The notes below the pieces were generated by a model that did not search any database, was not told the DNA's origin, and saw only the letters and a program-made list of their open reading frames with translations. This document shows positions 20,426 to 29,492 of a stretch of 64,000 nt of DNA, piece after piece. The first letter of the stretch is position 1, and every line of letters starts with the position of its first letter. Where the stretch lies: NCBI GenBank assembly GCA_963760795.1, contig CAVXEP010000030.1, positions 96,001-160,000 of the forward strand, given 5' to 3'. The DNA is from an uncultured delta proteobacterium (lineage in GTDB: Bacteria > Desulfobacterota > Binatia > UBA9968). The position numbers and the translations under genes were made by a program.

Positions 20426-20646
20426 GGCTCACCTCCTTCTCAGACCGAGCGTCGGGGTAGTACATCGCGGCTGCGGCCTCGACGTCGCGCGCGGTGCAAG
20501 CTTTCGCGCGCCAAAGGTTGGCGAGTCCTGGTAATGGAGCACCCATAATGATTTCCTCCTTGGGTTGTTGCGCTGCTTCTGGATTAAATTATGGGTCTGG
20601 TAATTCGCTACGCAATCCGCAAAACTTGCAGACGAGGTATGCGAAA

Positions 20647-21528
20647 ATGCAAGGTTTGGATTGGGATGATCTCCGTTCTTTCCTCGCGGTGATCGAGCGC
20701 GGTTCCATTTCCGGCGCGGCAAAGTTTCTCAAAGTAAACCATTCTACGGTGCTCCGCCGCCTGGCAAGTTTGGAGAAGCGGCTTGGTGCTCGGCTGTTCA
20801 ACCGCTTGCCGAAAGGGTACGAGCCAACCGCGCAGGGAGAGGAGCTCCGCAATCGACTACAGGGCGTAAGCGAACAGATCGATAGCGCGCAAAGGAGTTT
20901 GAGCGGGCGGGACCTCGAAGTCGCGGGGACCATTCGCATCACGACCACCGATACCTTGGCGCACCGGCTGCTGATGCCTTATCTCGCTGAGTTTCGCGCC
21001 TTGAATCCGGCGATTCAGATAGAGATCGTGATCAACAATAGCTTCTCAAATTTGACCCGCCGCGAAGCCGATATTGCGCTGCGTCCATCGAATACGGTTC
21101 CGGAGAATCTTGTCGGCAGGCGCATTGGTTGTCTTCGGACAGCTATCTATGCCGCGAAGAAATACCTGAAGGAGAACGGCAGAAAGAAAGAATGGGCCGC
21201 CCACGTTTGGGTCGCGCCGGATGAAGCGTTATCGCATTTGGCCCAAGCAAAATGGATGCGAGACAATATTCCCCCAGATCGCATCGTGGTCCGTATCGAC
21301 AGTCTTCTAGGGATGGTTGCTGCCGTGCGCGACGGTATGGGAGTGGGACTGCTGTTATGCATTCTCGTCAAGGATGAACCCGATATTGTGCCTCTGGCGG
21401 AACCGATAAACGAACTCGAAACCGACCTTTGGATCCTGACCCATCCCGCTCTCAAGGGCGTCGCTCGAGTCAAAGCATTGTCTGACTTCCTCTACACTAG
21501 GCTGCGCGCGAACTACAGCCTCAGCTGA
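20647..21528 (+). CDS. LysR-family transcriptional regulator
   Basis: WDDLRSFLAV..GSISGAAKFLKVNHSTVLRRLASLE; LTRREADIALR; divergent from the cupin and azoR genes. Confidence 0.93.
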   Translation: MQGLDWDDLRSFLAVIERGSISGAAKFLKVNHSTVLRRLASLEKRLGARLFNRLPKGYEPTAQGEELRNRLQGVSEQIDSAQRSLSGRDLEVAGTIRITTTDTLAHRLLMPYLAEFRALNPAIQIEIVINNSFSNLTRREADIALRPSNTVPENLVGRRIGCLRTAIYAAKKYLKENGRKKEWAAHVWVAPDEALSHLAQAKWMRDNIPPDRIVVRIDSLLGMVAAVRDGMGVGLLLCILVKDEPDIVPLAEPINELETDLWILTHPALKGVARVKALSDFLYTRLRANYSLS

Positions 21529-21574
21529 AGGTGCGCATCCCAAGCTTATCGGGCTACGTTTACCATGACGCGAG

Positions 21575-21705
21575 CCCGGCTTATGGTGTTCCGGCTCAGG
21601 GGGTCTGAGACCCGAAGGCGAGTAGCTCAAGGACTGGCGAGACTAATATCGGCAATGAGCACCTTGAACATTGAGCAAGCATTGCCTTGATTCTGCGAGC
21701 TGTTA
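21575..21705 (+). repeat. Direct repeat B, copy 2
   Basis: Close match to 18728-18856. Confidence 0.9.
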
Positions 21706-21864
21706 GAGGTTGCCACATAGAAACTTCGGTGATATGGCAGAAAATCATGACCCAAGCTCGAACGAACCATCATCATTGCGGGCGAAGTTTTGATGCAGAC
21801 GCAACTATGTTGAATCATTGTTGTGCCTATCTCTTGCGCGTGCCTTAACCAGGAGAAGTGAAAC

Positions 21865-23415
21865 ATGATTACTCGTTATCACGGCTCCAAAAGCATGTTG
21901 GCGATTCTCGTATTTGCCTTGCTCGTGAGCGCGTGCGCTCCCGCGATCAACTGGAATTATCCGCGCACCCCGTCGAATACCTTCGCATCTCCGCAAACCA
22001 CTACCGTCGGCGCGTTGTTTCAGGAAGCGGCCGACAAACATCCGGGACTATCCGGCTTCTCTCTTATTCGCGACGGTAGTACGGCGTTTATGGCTCGGTT
22101 GGGGATGGCCGACTTAGCTGAAAAGACGCTCGACGGGCAATATTACATCTGGGATAGCGACACCACCGGGCTGATCTTAGCCGACCGGCTGCTGCGTGCC
22201 GCGGACCGCGGCGTCCGTGTGCGCTTGTTGATCGACGACCATTATATGTCGGAAACCAGAGACGCCAACATTGCCGCGCTCGACGCCCATCCCAACATCG
22301 AGATTCGTTTCTTCAACCCGATCAGGAACCGGCGTTGGCGCGTTATGAGCTTTTTGGCCGAGTTTGGCCGTGCCAACCATCGGATGCACAACAAGCTGTT
22401 CGTCATGGACAATGCCGTGGCAATTGTCGGCGGGCGCAACATCGCAGATACCTATTTTGGCGTAAAGGCGGATTACAACTTTCGCGATCTCGATGTTATG
22501 AACAGCGGTCCGATCGTCAACGAGTTGTCGACGAGCTTCGATATGTTCTGGAACAGCGAGTGGGCGCTACCGGTCGGTGCGGTCGTGAAAGAGGACGCCA
22601 CCGAACGGGAATTGGCGAAATTTAGGACACGGCTAGCGGAAAAACTCGCTGCCACCGGCTATCCCTATCCGATCGACGAACATTTGGCCGATCTTCGCAC
22701 GCGCTTGGTCAAGATCCGGGACAATTTCATCTGGGCGCCCGGCAAAGTTGTCGTCGAGCATCCCTCCAGGGTCAACGCCAATGCGGACAACATCATCGCT
22801 TTGGCACTCCGCCAACGGGTCAGTGAGGTGGAGCGCGAACTGTTGATCGAGTCGCCGTACTTCATATTGGGCGACGTGACTATCGAGAGGGTGCGACAAC
22901 TCACATCTCGAGGCGTCAAGGTGCGTGTGATGACCAATTCCGCGGCCTCCCATGACGTGCTCCCGGCGCTGGCCGGCTATGTCTATACGCGCAAGAAACT
23001 GCTCAACGCCGGCGTCGAGCTGTACGAGCTGCGTCCGGATAGCAATATGAAACGAGATTGGTCGGCCTTGGCCGGTCAATCGAAAGCTGCGTTGCATGCC
23101 AAGTCCCTTGTGTTCGACCGCAAGTCCGTGTTCATCGGGAGTTTCAATCTCGACCCTCGATCGACGGCCCTCAACACCGAGATCGGTGTGATCATCGATA
23201 GTCCGGAGATTGCCGGGCAGGTGGGAGAGTTGATGGATGAAGGGGTCTCCCCCGGCAGCGCCTATCGCGTCACGCTCGACAACAACGAGAATCTGCTCTG
23301 GAGCGCTGAAAACAACGCGGAAAAAGTGCAGTACGACAGAGACCCGGAAACAAGTTTCATGTACCGGTTCGCCATCGGCCTCATCGGCATGCTGCCGATC
23401 GAAGACCAATTATAG
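21865..23415 (+). CDS. Phospholipase D family lipoprotein (ClsC/YmdC-like)
   Basis: Lipobox LVSAC; two HKD motifs HNKLFVMD and HAKSLVFD; GGRNI; GSFNLDPRS. Confidence 0.9.
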   Translation: MITRYHGSKSMLAILVFALLVSACAPAINWNYPRTPSNTFASPQTTTVGALFQEAADKHPGLSGFSLIRDGSTAFMARLGMADLAEKTLDGQYYIWDSDTTGLILADRLLRAADRGVRVRLLIDDHYMSETRDANIAALDAHPNIEIRFFNPIRNRRWRVMSFLAEFGRANHRMHNKLFVMDNAVAIVGGRNIADTYFGVKADYNFRDLDVMNSGPIVNELSTSFDMFWNSEWALPVGAVVKEDATERELAKFRTRLAEKLAATGYPYPIDEHLADLRTRLVKIRDNFIWAPGKVVVEHPSRVNANADNIIALALRQRVSEVERELLIESPYFILGDVTIERVRQLTSRGVKVRVMTNSAASHDVLPALAGYVYTRKKLLNAGVELYELRPDSNMKRDWSALAGQSKAALHAKSLVFDRKSVFIGSFNLDPRSTALNTEIGVIIDSPEIAGQVGELMDEGVSPGSAYRVTLDNNENLLWSAENNAEKVQYDRDPETSFMYRFAIGLIGMLPIEDQL

Positions 23416-23648
23416 GAGCTGTGCGGTGTATTGAACCAAAGGCCACTGTACAGGCTCAACGGTTTTGATACACTGATCATCGAACCCAATACTGCCGGCG
23501 AAGTTATCGGTTCCAGATGGGAGATTTCCTTACATGCCACGATTACGTAAGCCGCGCGCTGCAGAAGAGTAGACCTAAGCAGGTAGAAACTTCTATGCTC
23601 AACGCTTTCAGAAAAAAGCTATTAAATTAGACGTCCACCGTTACGCAA

Positions 23649-23831
23649 CGGTAGGCGCGACGATTTCCGGCGAACGGGGATCAGAAAGGAGAGGAAAACG
23701 ATTAAGGACAGAAAATGATGAAGATTGTGGAAATTATAGTCAGTCCCACCGCTGTATATGTCAATCAAGCGGTGGGCGCAACGAAAATCTCCGGCGGACG
23801 GGGATCAGAAAGGACAGGAGAACTATGAAGG
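23649..23831 (+). repeat. Tandem duplicated 5' leader/RBS (23649-23707 and 23770-23831)
   Basis: TCCGGCGRACGGGGATCAGAAAGGASAGGARAAC occurs twice; only the second copy is followed by ATG. Confidence 0.75.
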
Positions 23832-24235
23832 TTGCAAATCTAGGGCGGGCGGTTGGCCTCGCGTCGGTAATCTTGCTGGGCGCCCTCGGCAGTGCCAGCG
23901 CTGCGGATCAATGGGCCGTGATCAGCGAGAAGACGATCAAGGCCACCGATCCAAGCACCGAGATCAAGGCCGAAGCGGGAAAGATGTGGAAGGAGAAGAT
24001 CAGGCAGACCAAGATCTCGGTCGAGGGCGCTGACGTGCAGATCACCAAGGTCGTCCTCAAATGGAATAATCGTAAGGACGATACCATCACGAATCTCGGA
24101 ACCGTGAAGGCGGGAGGAGAAACCGCTCCGAAGGACGCGCCCGGACGCGAGGCCGCCCTGACGTCGGTGGCGGTCCAGTACAAGATCCTCAATAATAAAC
24201 CGACAGCCACCATCAAAGTTTGGGCTTTGGACTGA
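23825..24235 (+). CDS. Secreted beta-rich protein, DUF2541/YaaI-like
   Basis: Signal peptide ending ASA; IRQTKISVEGADVQITKVVL, VKAGGET, TIKVW. Confidence 0.65.
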   Translation: MKVANLGRAVGLASVILLGALGSASAADQWAVISEKTIKATDPSTEIKAEAGKMWKEKIRQTKISVEGADVQITKVVLKWNNRKDDTITNLGTVKAGGETAPKDAPGREAALTSVAVQYKILNNKPTATIKVWALD

Positions 24236-24477
24236 GCGGGTGTGAACACCGCCGCGGACATGTAACTCCGATCAACGCGCGGAAGCGAGGCGATTACGTC
24301 ACGTGGAAGCTACGGCGTTCACGTCTCACGGTCACGGCGAGGCTTCGGCACACCGAAGCCTCGCCAGCCGTGAATCATTCTCCTACGCCCCGCTTCATCC
24401 CCCTTGTCTGTAAATCCCTGGTACGCATACGATCACATCAGTAAGCGTCCATGGTACTCAAAGCGAGCCGTGGCGTC

Positions 24478-24636
24478 TTAGAGCAGTTCGTTAATCATAT
24501 AGAAAGCGTTATCTTTCAATTTGTGCCATAGTCCGCGTTTGCGTCAGGCCTCAAGCTCAACTTCCTTGCAATCGGGCGCGTACTTTTCGAAGACTGCATC
24601 GAGCCGCTGTGCCGTTGCCGGCTCCAGAATGCCGGG
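24478..24636 (-). pseudogene. 3' fragment of a cardiolipin synthase-like gene
   Basis: GILEPATAQRLDAVFEKYAPDCKEVELEA*RKRGLWHKLKDNAFYMINELL* with an internal TGA; truncated next to the REP-like motif at 24646. Confidence 0.55.
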
Positions 24637-24645
24637 GAGGGAAAC

Positions 24646-24662
24646 GGGGTCGGGAGTCTTTT
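24646..24662 (+). repeat. REP-like motif GGGGTCGGGAGTCTTTT
   Basis: Its reverse complement lies upstream of the RAYT 5' fragments at about 39611-39626 and 51621-51636. Confidence 0.65.
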
Positions 24663-24797
24663 ACTTTCGCTTTGGACGACCGCGCGAATTCATTGTCGCT
24701 TCAAGCCCACAAGGTTAGGCAATAAGCCAATGCTCAGGCATGATCCTGGCCCCTTGCTCTATTTCCGCTATTTCCCCCGGCTTCGGACTTCCAACGG

Positions 24798-25712
24798 TCA
24801 CTCGGGGAGCGGGATAAACTCAGGATCACCTGGAACCGGCGCGAACCGGCCGCTCTTCCAATCCGACTTGGCTTGCTCGATCCGCTCGCGCGAGCTTGAG
24901 ACGAAGTTCCACCAAACATGACGCGGACTATCGAGCGGTTCACCGCCGAAAAGGACGAACCGAGCGGCCGATACAGCCTTGATTGTAATCTCGTCGCCGG
25001 ATGAGAAGACCAGAAGTCGGCCCGGCTCAAATCTTTGGCCATGAATGTCGACGTCCCCTTCCAAGAGATAAATCCCGCGTTCGTCATAATCGTTATTGAG
25101 CAGGAACGAAGCTCCGGAATCGACAGCCGCATCGGCATAAAACAGCTGCGAGAGAGTCTTGACCGGCGATGCCTTGCCGAAAAGTGAGCCGGCGATGATG
25201 CGAACGGTCTTTCCTTCACCATCGATTTGGGGCAGCAAGTCGGCGCCGTAATGCGTGAAGTCAGGGGCCATCTCCTCGTACTGTTTCGGCAGCGCGACCC
25301 AGATCTGAATGCCGGAGAGTTTCTGGCGCCGTTTTCTGAGCTCGTTATCGGAGCGCTCGGAGTGTACGATTCCGCGTCCGGCGGTCATCCAGTTAACCGC
25401 GCCGGGCTCGATGGCTTGCACGCTGTTGAGACTGTCCCGATGAACGATCGTGCCCTCGAACAGATAGGTCACGGTGGCAAGACCGATGTGCGGATGCGGT
25501 CGGACGTCGATCCCAGAACCGGGCGCCAGCTCAGCAGGTCCCATCTGGTCGAAGAAAACGAACGGACCGACATTTCGCCGCTCCGCAGACGGCAGTACAC
25601 GACGGACTTCAAATCCGCCGATGTCGCGCGGCCGCGGGACCACGATAGTTTCCAGTGCCCTGCACGCCGGTGCCATCTTCGCCTGGGGCTCTTCAGCCGG
25701 TAGCCAACTCAT
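24798..25712 (-). CDS. Pirin family protein
   Basis: VGPFVFFDQMGP, DVRPHPHIGLATVTYLFEG, WMTAGRGIVHSE, WWNFVSS. Confidence 0.95.
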   Translation of the reverse strand: MSWLPAEEPQAKMAPACRALETIVVPRPRDIGGFEVRRVLPSAERRNVGPFVFFDQMGPAELAPGSGIDVRPHPHIGLATVTYLFEGTIVHRDSLNSVQAIEPGAVNWMTAGRGIVHSERSDNELRKRRQKLSGIQIWVALPKQYEEMAPDFTHYGADLLPQIDGEGKTVRIIAGSLFGKASPVKTLSQLFYADAAVDSGASFLLNNDYDERGIYLLEGDVDIHGQRFEPGRLLVFSSGDEITIKAVSAARFVLFGGEPLDSPRHVWWNFVSSSRERIEQAKSDWKSGRFAPVPGDPEFIPLPE

Positions 25713-25823
25713 ATGGATCTCCTTGGGAGGGCAGATTAGGTGAACTGCCAAATAATCTTACGCAGGAACTTGTCGTGAATCCAACCGGCAAATCCATTCA
25801 CGGTGCCGCCCTCGGCCACCGGG

Positions 25824-26020
25824 TGCGGCCTAGGGCGGCCGCGTCCACCGGCAAATCGCTGGGCTTAGCTGCGCGCCGCGCGCGACGGCACGGCGATCGC
25901 GAGCAAGCAGTTGTCGAATTGGGAGCAAGGAACGGCTGGAAGAATGTAAAGATTGAAAGCCCTGGCCGCAGATCTCTTTCCGAGCGGCAAGATAGTCAGG
26001 TTATAAAAGTCTGATCCTTT
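25824..26020 (+). repeat. Dispersed repeat family A, copy 4, ending in GGCAAGATAGTCAGGTTATAAAAGTCTGATCC
   Basis: Aligns with 11517-11625 and 4700-4795; its 3' end is the empty-site equivalent of the MITE insertion at 28052. Confidence 0.75.
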
Positions 26021-26235
26021 CTCTTTCCCTTTGGCATCTGCAAGTCCCTGGTGGCATTCCAGTCCTGCCCCCAGGGAAAACTTTCCAAATGGCTAGAAGC
26101 GCCGAGGTAAAAGTTTTAGCATATAGAGCAAGAAGGAAATCCGACCGTCTCCTTTTTGAATAGATCCGACAATGCCATGAAAATAACTTTAACGTCTGGA
26201 TTACCCGCATCCATCGAGTCAACAGGAGTTTTAGT

Positions 26236-27501
26236 ATGCGCTTTTATTTCGCTCTCATTCTTGTCGCCCTGTGGGCGACGTCGGCCCGAGCAATCGAACC
26301 GGCGGACTATAAGTATCCTTATCCCGATCCCTACTTGGCAACCGCCACCCTCTCGATCTTGAGCGACGACGGCGCGACGTCGGCCGCCCAATCGACCATC
26401 GTCCGCGTGCCGGGACTTCGAGGCAGAAATAATCTGCCTTCTCTCCAAGGACGCGGCGACGTGAGTCTGGCGCTTTATCGCCAAAACCGCGTGGCGCCGC
26501 TGCTTTTCATTCTTCCCGGCCTGGGCTCGAGTCCCTACTTCGGGATCGCGCCGTATTTGGCGAACCTGTTCCATCGAGAGGGTTTTCACGTGGTGGTTTT
26601 ACCCTCGCCGATGAGCTGGAACTTCGCGTTATCGGCGAGTCGCAGCGGCGCACCCGGTTACGCGCCGGAGGACGCCCGTGATCTCTACGAAGTAATGCAA
26701 AAAACTCTCAAGCTCTTGCGCGACCGACACAACGTCAGGACCACCGCGATTAATTTTCTGGGGGTCAGTTTAGGCGCCCTTGAAGGCGCGCATTTGAGCG
26801 TCATCGATGCCGACGAAGGCAAGATCGGCATCGCCAAATATCTCCTGGTAAACCCGCCCGTCGAACTCGCTTACGCCGTCAGTAAAATCGATGAATGGAA
26901 AACGTTGGACAGAAAGTTGGGCAAAGAGAAGTCTCTACAAGTCATATCGAATGCGCTTGCCATCATCGATTCGTTTGCCAAGGCAAAGCGGGACGACCCC
27001 GAGGTCTTCGAGCAATTAGCGAAAAAGTTCGCCGCTTTCAAGAGAGAAGAGATGCAATTCCTCTTCGCCGAAAACCTGCAAAGCCAGCTCGCCGAACTGA
27101 TCTACGTCACCCAAGTGATTCAGGACCAGAGAGTGCTTACTGCCCCGAGAAATGACAAAAGAAAAAGGCTGGAGGAAGCTAAGGACTTTACGTTCACTGA
27201 CTACGATCGAAAAATAGCTCTCCCCCTATGGCGAAGGCAAAAAGGAGATTTGCAGGCCGAACCGCAAAGCTTCGTTCAACAGGGGTCATTGGCGAGCATC
27301 TACGATCGGCTGCGTGGTAATCCTAAAGTGCACATCGTTCACAACGCCGATGATTTCTTCGCCGAGAAATCGTCCATTGAAGCGCTCAAAGAAGCCTTGG
27401 GCGACCAAGTGATGCTTTATCCACGTGGCGGGCATCTGGGCAACATATGGTATCCGGAAAATAAAGAATACGTACTCAAATACTTCCAAGCGCGTCGCTG
27501 A
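26236..27501 (+). CDS. Secreted alpha/beta hydrolase
   Basis: Signal peptide; LFILPGLG, nucleophile GVSLG, HNADDF, YPRGGHLGN. Confidence 0.85.
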   Translation: MRFYFALILVALWATSARAIEPADYKYPYPDPYLATATLSILSDDGATSAAQSTIVRVPGLRGRNNLPSLQGRGDVSLALYRQNRVAPLLFILPGLGSSPYFGIAPYLANLFHREGFHVVVLPSPMSWNFALSASRSGAPGYAPEDARDLYEVMQKTLKLLRDRHNVRTTAINFLGVSLGALEGAHLSVIDADEGKIGIAKYLLVNPPVELAYAVSKIDEWKTLDRKLGKEKSLQVISNALAIIDSFAKAKRDDPEVFEQLAKKFAAFKREEMQFLFAENLQSQLAELIYVTQVIQDQRVLTAPRNDKRKRLEEAKDFTFTDYDRKIALPLWRRQKGDLQAEPQSFVQQGSLASIYDRLRGNPKVHIVHNADDFFAEKSSIEALKEALGDQVMLYPRGGHLGNIWYPENKEYVLKYFQARR

Positions 27502-27570
27502 ACGAAAGCGATTTGTCTAGCCCGCCCATCGAGTCTTAGGTATCAACAGTATCGCTCTCCGCTAGGAGGC

Positions 27571-27628
27571 TTCGTCGGTCTCACCACGTTGTCAACGTGA
27601 GAGCGCGGTCCTGTTGTTTCAGTTTGGA
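27571..27628 (+). repeat. 58-bp dispersed repeat C (second copy at 58625-58682)
   Basis: TTCGTCGGTCTCACCACGTTKTCAACGT...GTTGTYTCAGTTTGGA in both places. Confidence 0.7.
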
Positions 27629-27669
27629 ATTGTTGGATTTCCTACCGATCCCGGCAGAAGACCCGACGA

Positions 27670-27874
27670 GTAACGCTGCGTGTTCGTCACCGTTATCCAC
27701 CGCATGACATCTGACAGCTCTCCGTCTGAACGCGGCCCAGACAGTAAGCTGTTGTGCATGCCCGTACGGTGATGAGTTTCAGCGAGAGTTTTTTCAAATT
27801 GCAGAAAAACGGCGGGCTTCGGGCTTCTCGAACAACTCTAACCGACCAACGCGCCGGTTTAGGACATGTTACGC
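27670..27874 (-). pseudogene. Decayed REP-associated tyrosine transposase (RAYT/Y1) with the HUH motif deleted
   Basis: HVLNRRVGRLELFEKP...FEKTLAETHHRTGM then PRSDGELSDVMRWITVTNTQR; the CLMxNHxH segment is absent. Confidence 0.7.
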
Positions 27875-28051
27875 AGTTGATTCAGCCTGAACGTAAAATC
27901 CGCAATGATTTCAGTAGTGGTCTCGTTCGTCCCGCGACTCTCGATGCCTGAAAATCGAGTTTTTCAACAGCCTTATGATTTGACCCTTCCGGTTGCTGAT
28001 CCGGTGCCGCAATGCGTTGTCGTTTCCGATAGGCAAGATAGTCGAGTTATA

Positions 28052-28182
28052 GATTCTGCTGAAAAACTCTATGAATGCTTCGACCAGGCTCAGCACAAAC
28101 GGATAAGCTCCAATGATTTCAACCGCTCCGACGTTCGTCCTGAGGCTCTCGAAGGATGAACGGAGGGTTTTTCAGCAGAATC
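28052..28182. mobile_element. 131-bp MITE with 16-bp perfect terminal inverted repeats and 7-bp target duplication
   Basis: GATTCTGCTGAAAAAC ... GTTTTTCAGCAGAATC flanked by AGTTATA at 28045-28051 and 28183-28189. Confidence 0.85.
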
Positions 28183-28343
28183 AGTTATAAAAGTCTGACC
28201 TTTTGCTTTGACGCGCGAAATTTTGACCGGTTTTTTTCTTGCGCGAAAGGACTTGGCCAAGAGTCAATGCATGTTAAAATTATAACCGAATAACCCGCCG
28301 ACGCGGCGGTGATCGCCGTATTTATCTTAGTAAGGAGATAATC

Positions 28344-29261
28344 ATGCGTTTGGGATTTGCACTTCCACAGGTAGGTTCGATCGCCGGACCGGAGGCATTG
28401 GTCAGGGTTGCCAAGCGCGCCGAAGATTTGGCTTTCGACAGCCTTTGGGTTCTTGATCGCATACTCTGGCCGGTCAGTCCGCGGGCGCCGTATCCGATCG
28501 GCGACGGTTCTTTACCGGTTCAATATAAGAACGTGCTCGATCCCGTCGACACGCTGACGTTCGCCGCCGCGCACACCAGCCGCATCGCTCTGGCAACCGG
28601 TGTGCTCAACCTTCCCTGGTACAATCCGGTTTTGTTGGCGCGGCGGCTGACCACTCTCGATGTTTTGTCGGGCGGACGGCTGCGGGCGGGATTCGGCATC
28701 GGCTGGTCGCCGGATGAATACGAAGCGGCCGGCGCGCCTTGGCAGGATCGCGGCAAACGCGCAGATGAAGCGATCGCGATACTGAAGAAAATCTGGACGA
28801 CCGATCCGGTGGAGTTTCACGGCAAGCATTTTCGCATTGCAAAATCGTTCATCGGGCCCAAGCCGGTGCAGAAACCGCATCCGCCGATCTATATGGCGGC
28901 ATTTACGCCTTCTGCCATGAAACGCGTCGCTGCCGAGGCCGACGCCTGGCTTCCGGTGGGTATTCCGCTAGCCGGAATCGGAGCGATGTTTAATGACATC
29001 AAGAACATGGCAAAAGCGGCCGGTCGCGATGCCGCCGCGCTCGAGCTGATTATTACGGCGGGCGTCGAAATTCATAAAACGCCCGTCGAAAAAGAACGGA
29101 CCGAGTTTACCGGGACGCTCGAGCAGATCGGCGAAGATTTCGCGACGGCGAGGAAACTCGGCGCAGCGGAGATCGCGATTTACGCGCAATTTTTGCCGCC
29201 CGGGGAAACCGCCGAAGATCTTATCACGCGAATGGAAACTCTCCGGACGATCGCAAAGTAA
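28344..29261 (+). CDS. LLM-class (F420-dependent-type) oxidoreductase
   Basis: AEDLAFDSLWVLD, LDPVDTLTFAAAHTSRIALATGV, LDVLSGGR, PKPVQKPHPPI; AAGGAG RBS. Confidence 0.9.
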   Translation: MRLGFALPQVGSIAGPEALVRVAKRAEDLAFDSLWVLDRILWPVSPRAPYPIGDGSLPVQYKNVLDPVDTLTFAAAHTSRIALATGVLNLPWYNPVLLARRLTTLDVLSGGRLRAGFGIGWSPDEYEAAGAPWQDRGKRADEAIAILKKIWTTDPVEFHGKHFRIAKSFIGPKPVQKPHPPIYMAAFTPSAMKRVAAEADAWLPVGIPLAGIGAMFNDIKNMAKAAGRDAAALELIITAGVEIHKTPVEKERTEFTGTLEQIGEDFATARKLGAAEIAIYAQFLPPGETAEDLITRMETLRTIAK

Positions 29262-29294
29262 GCTCACTGTTGAACGCATCGGCTCGCATCGCGA

Positions 29295-29401
29295 TACACG
29301 TTGACCGACGAGGAAGCACGCAATTTCTACCAAGCGGACTGCAATCTATATTTACCAACCGAATCGGGTGGGCTAAAAGCCATCTTAAAGCTGCTGGCTT
29401 G
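29295..29401 (+). pseudogene. Fragment of an Mrr restriction endonuclease N-terminal domain
   Basis: LTDEE (shifted frame) then FLPSGLQSIFTNRIGWAKSHLKAAGL, matching the Mrr_N pattern LPSG..F.NRVGWA..YL.KAGL; ends at REP-like GATCTGACCCCC (29405-29416). Confidence 0.7.
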
Positions 29402-29492
29402 CATGATCTGACCCCCGGCACTTGCCACTCCAGGCTAATGCGCGGCCTTTGCCTGAACCAGTCGCGATAAGTTCGGGGTCGATTGGCGTAAC

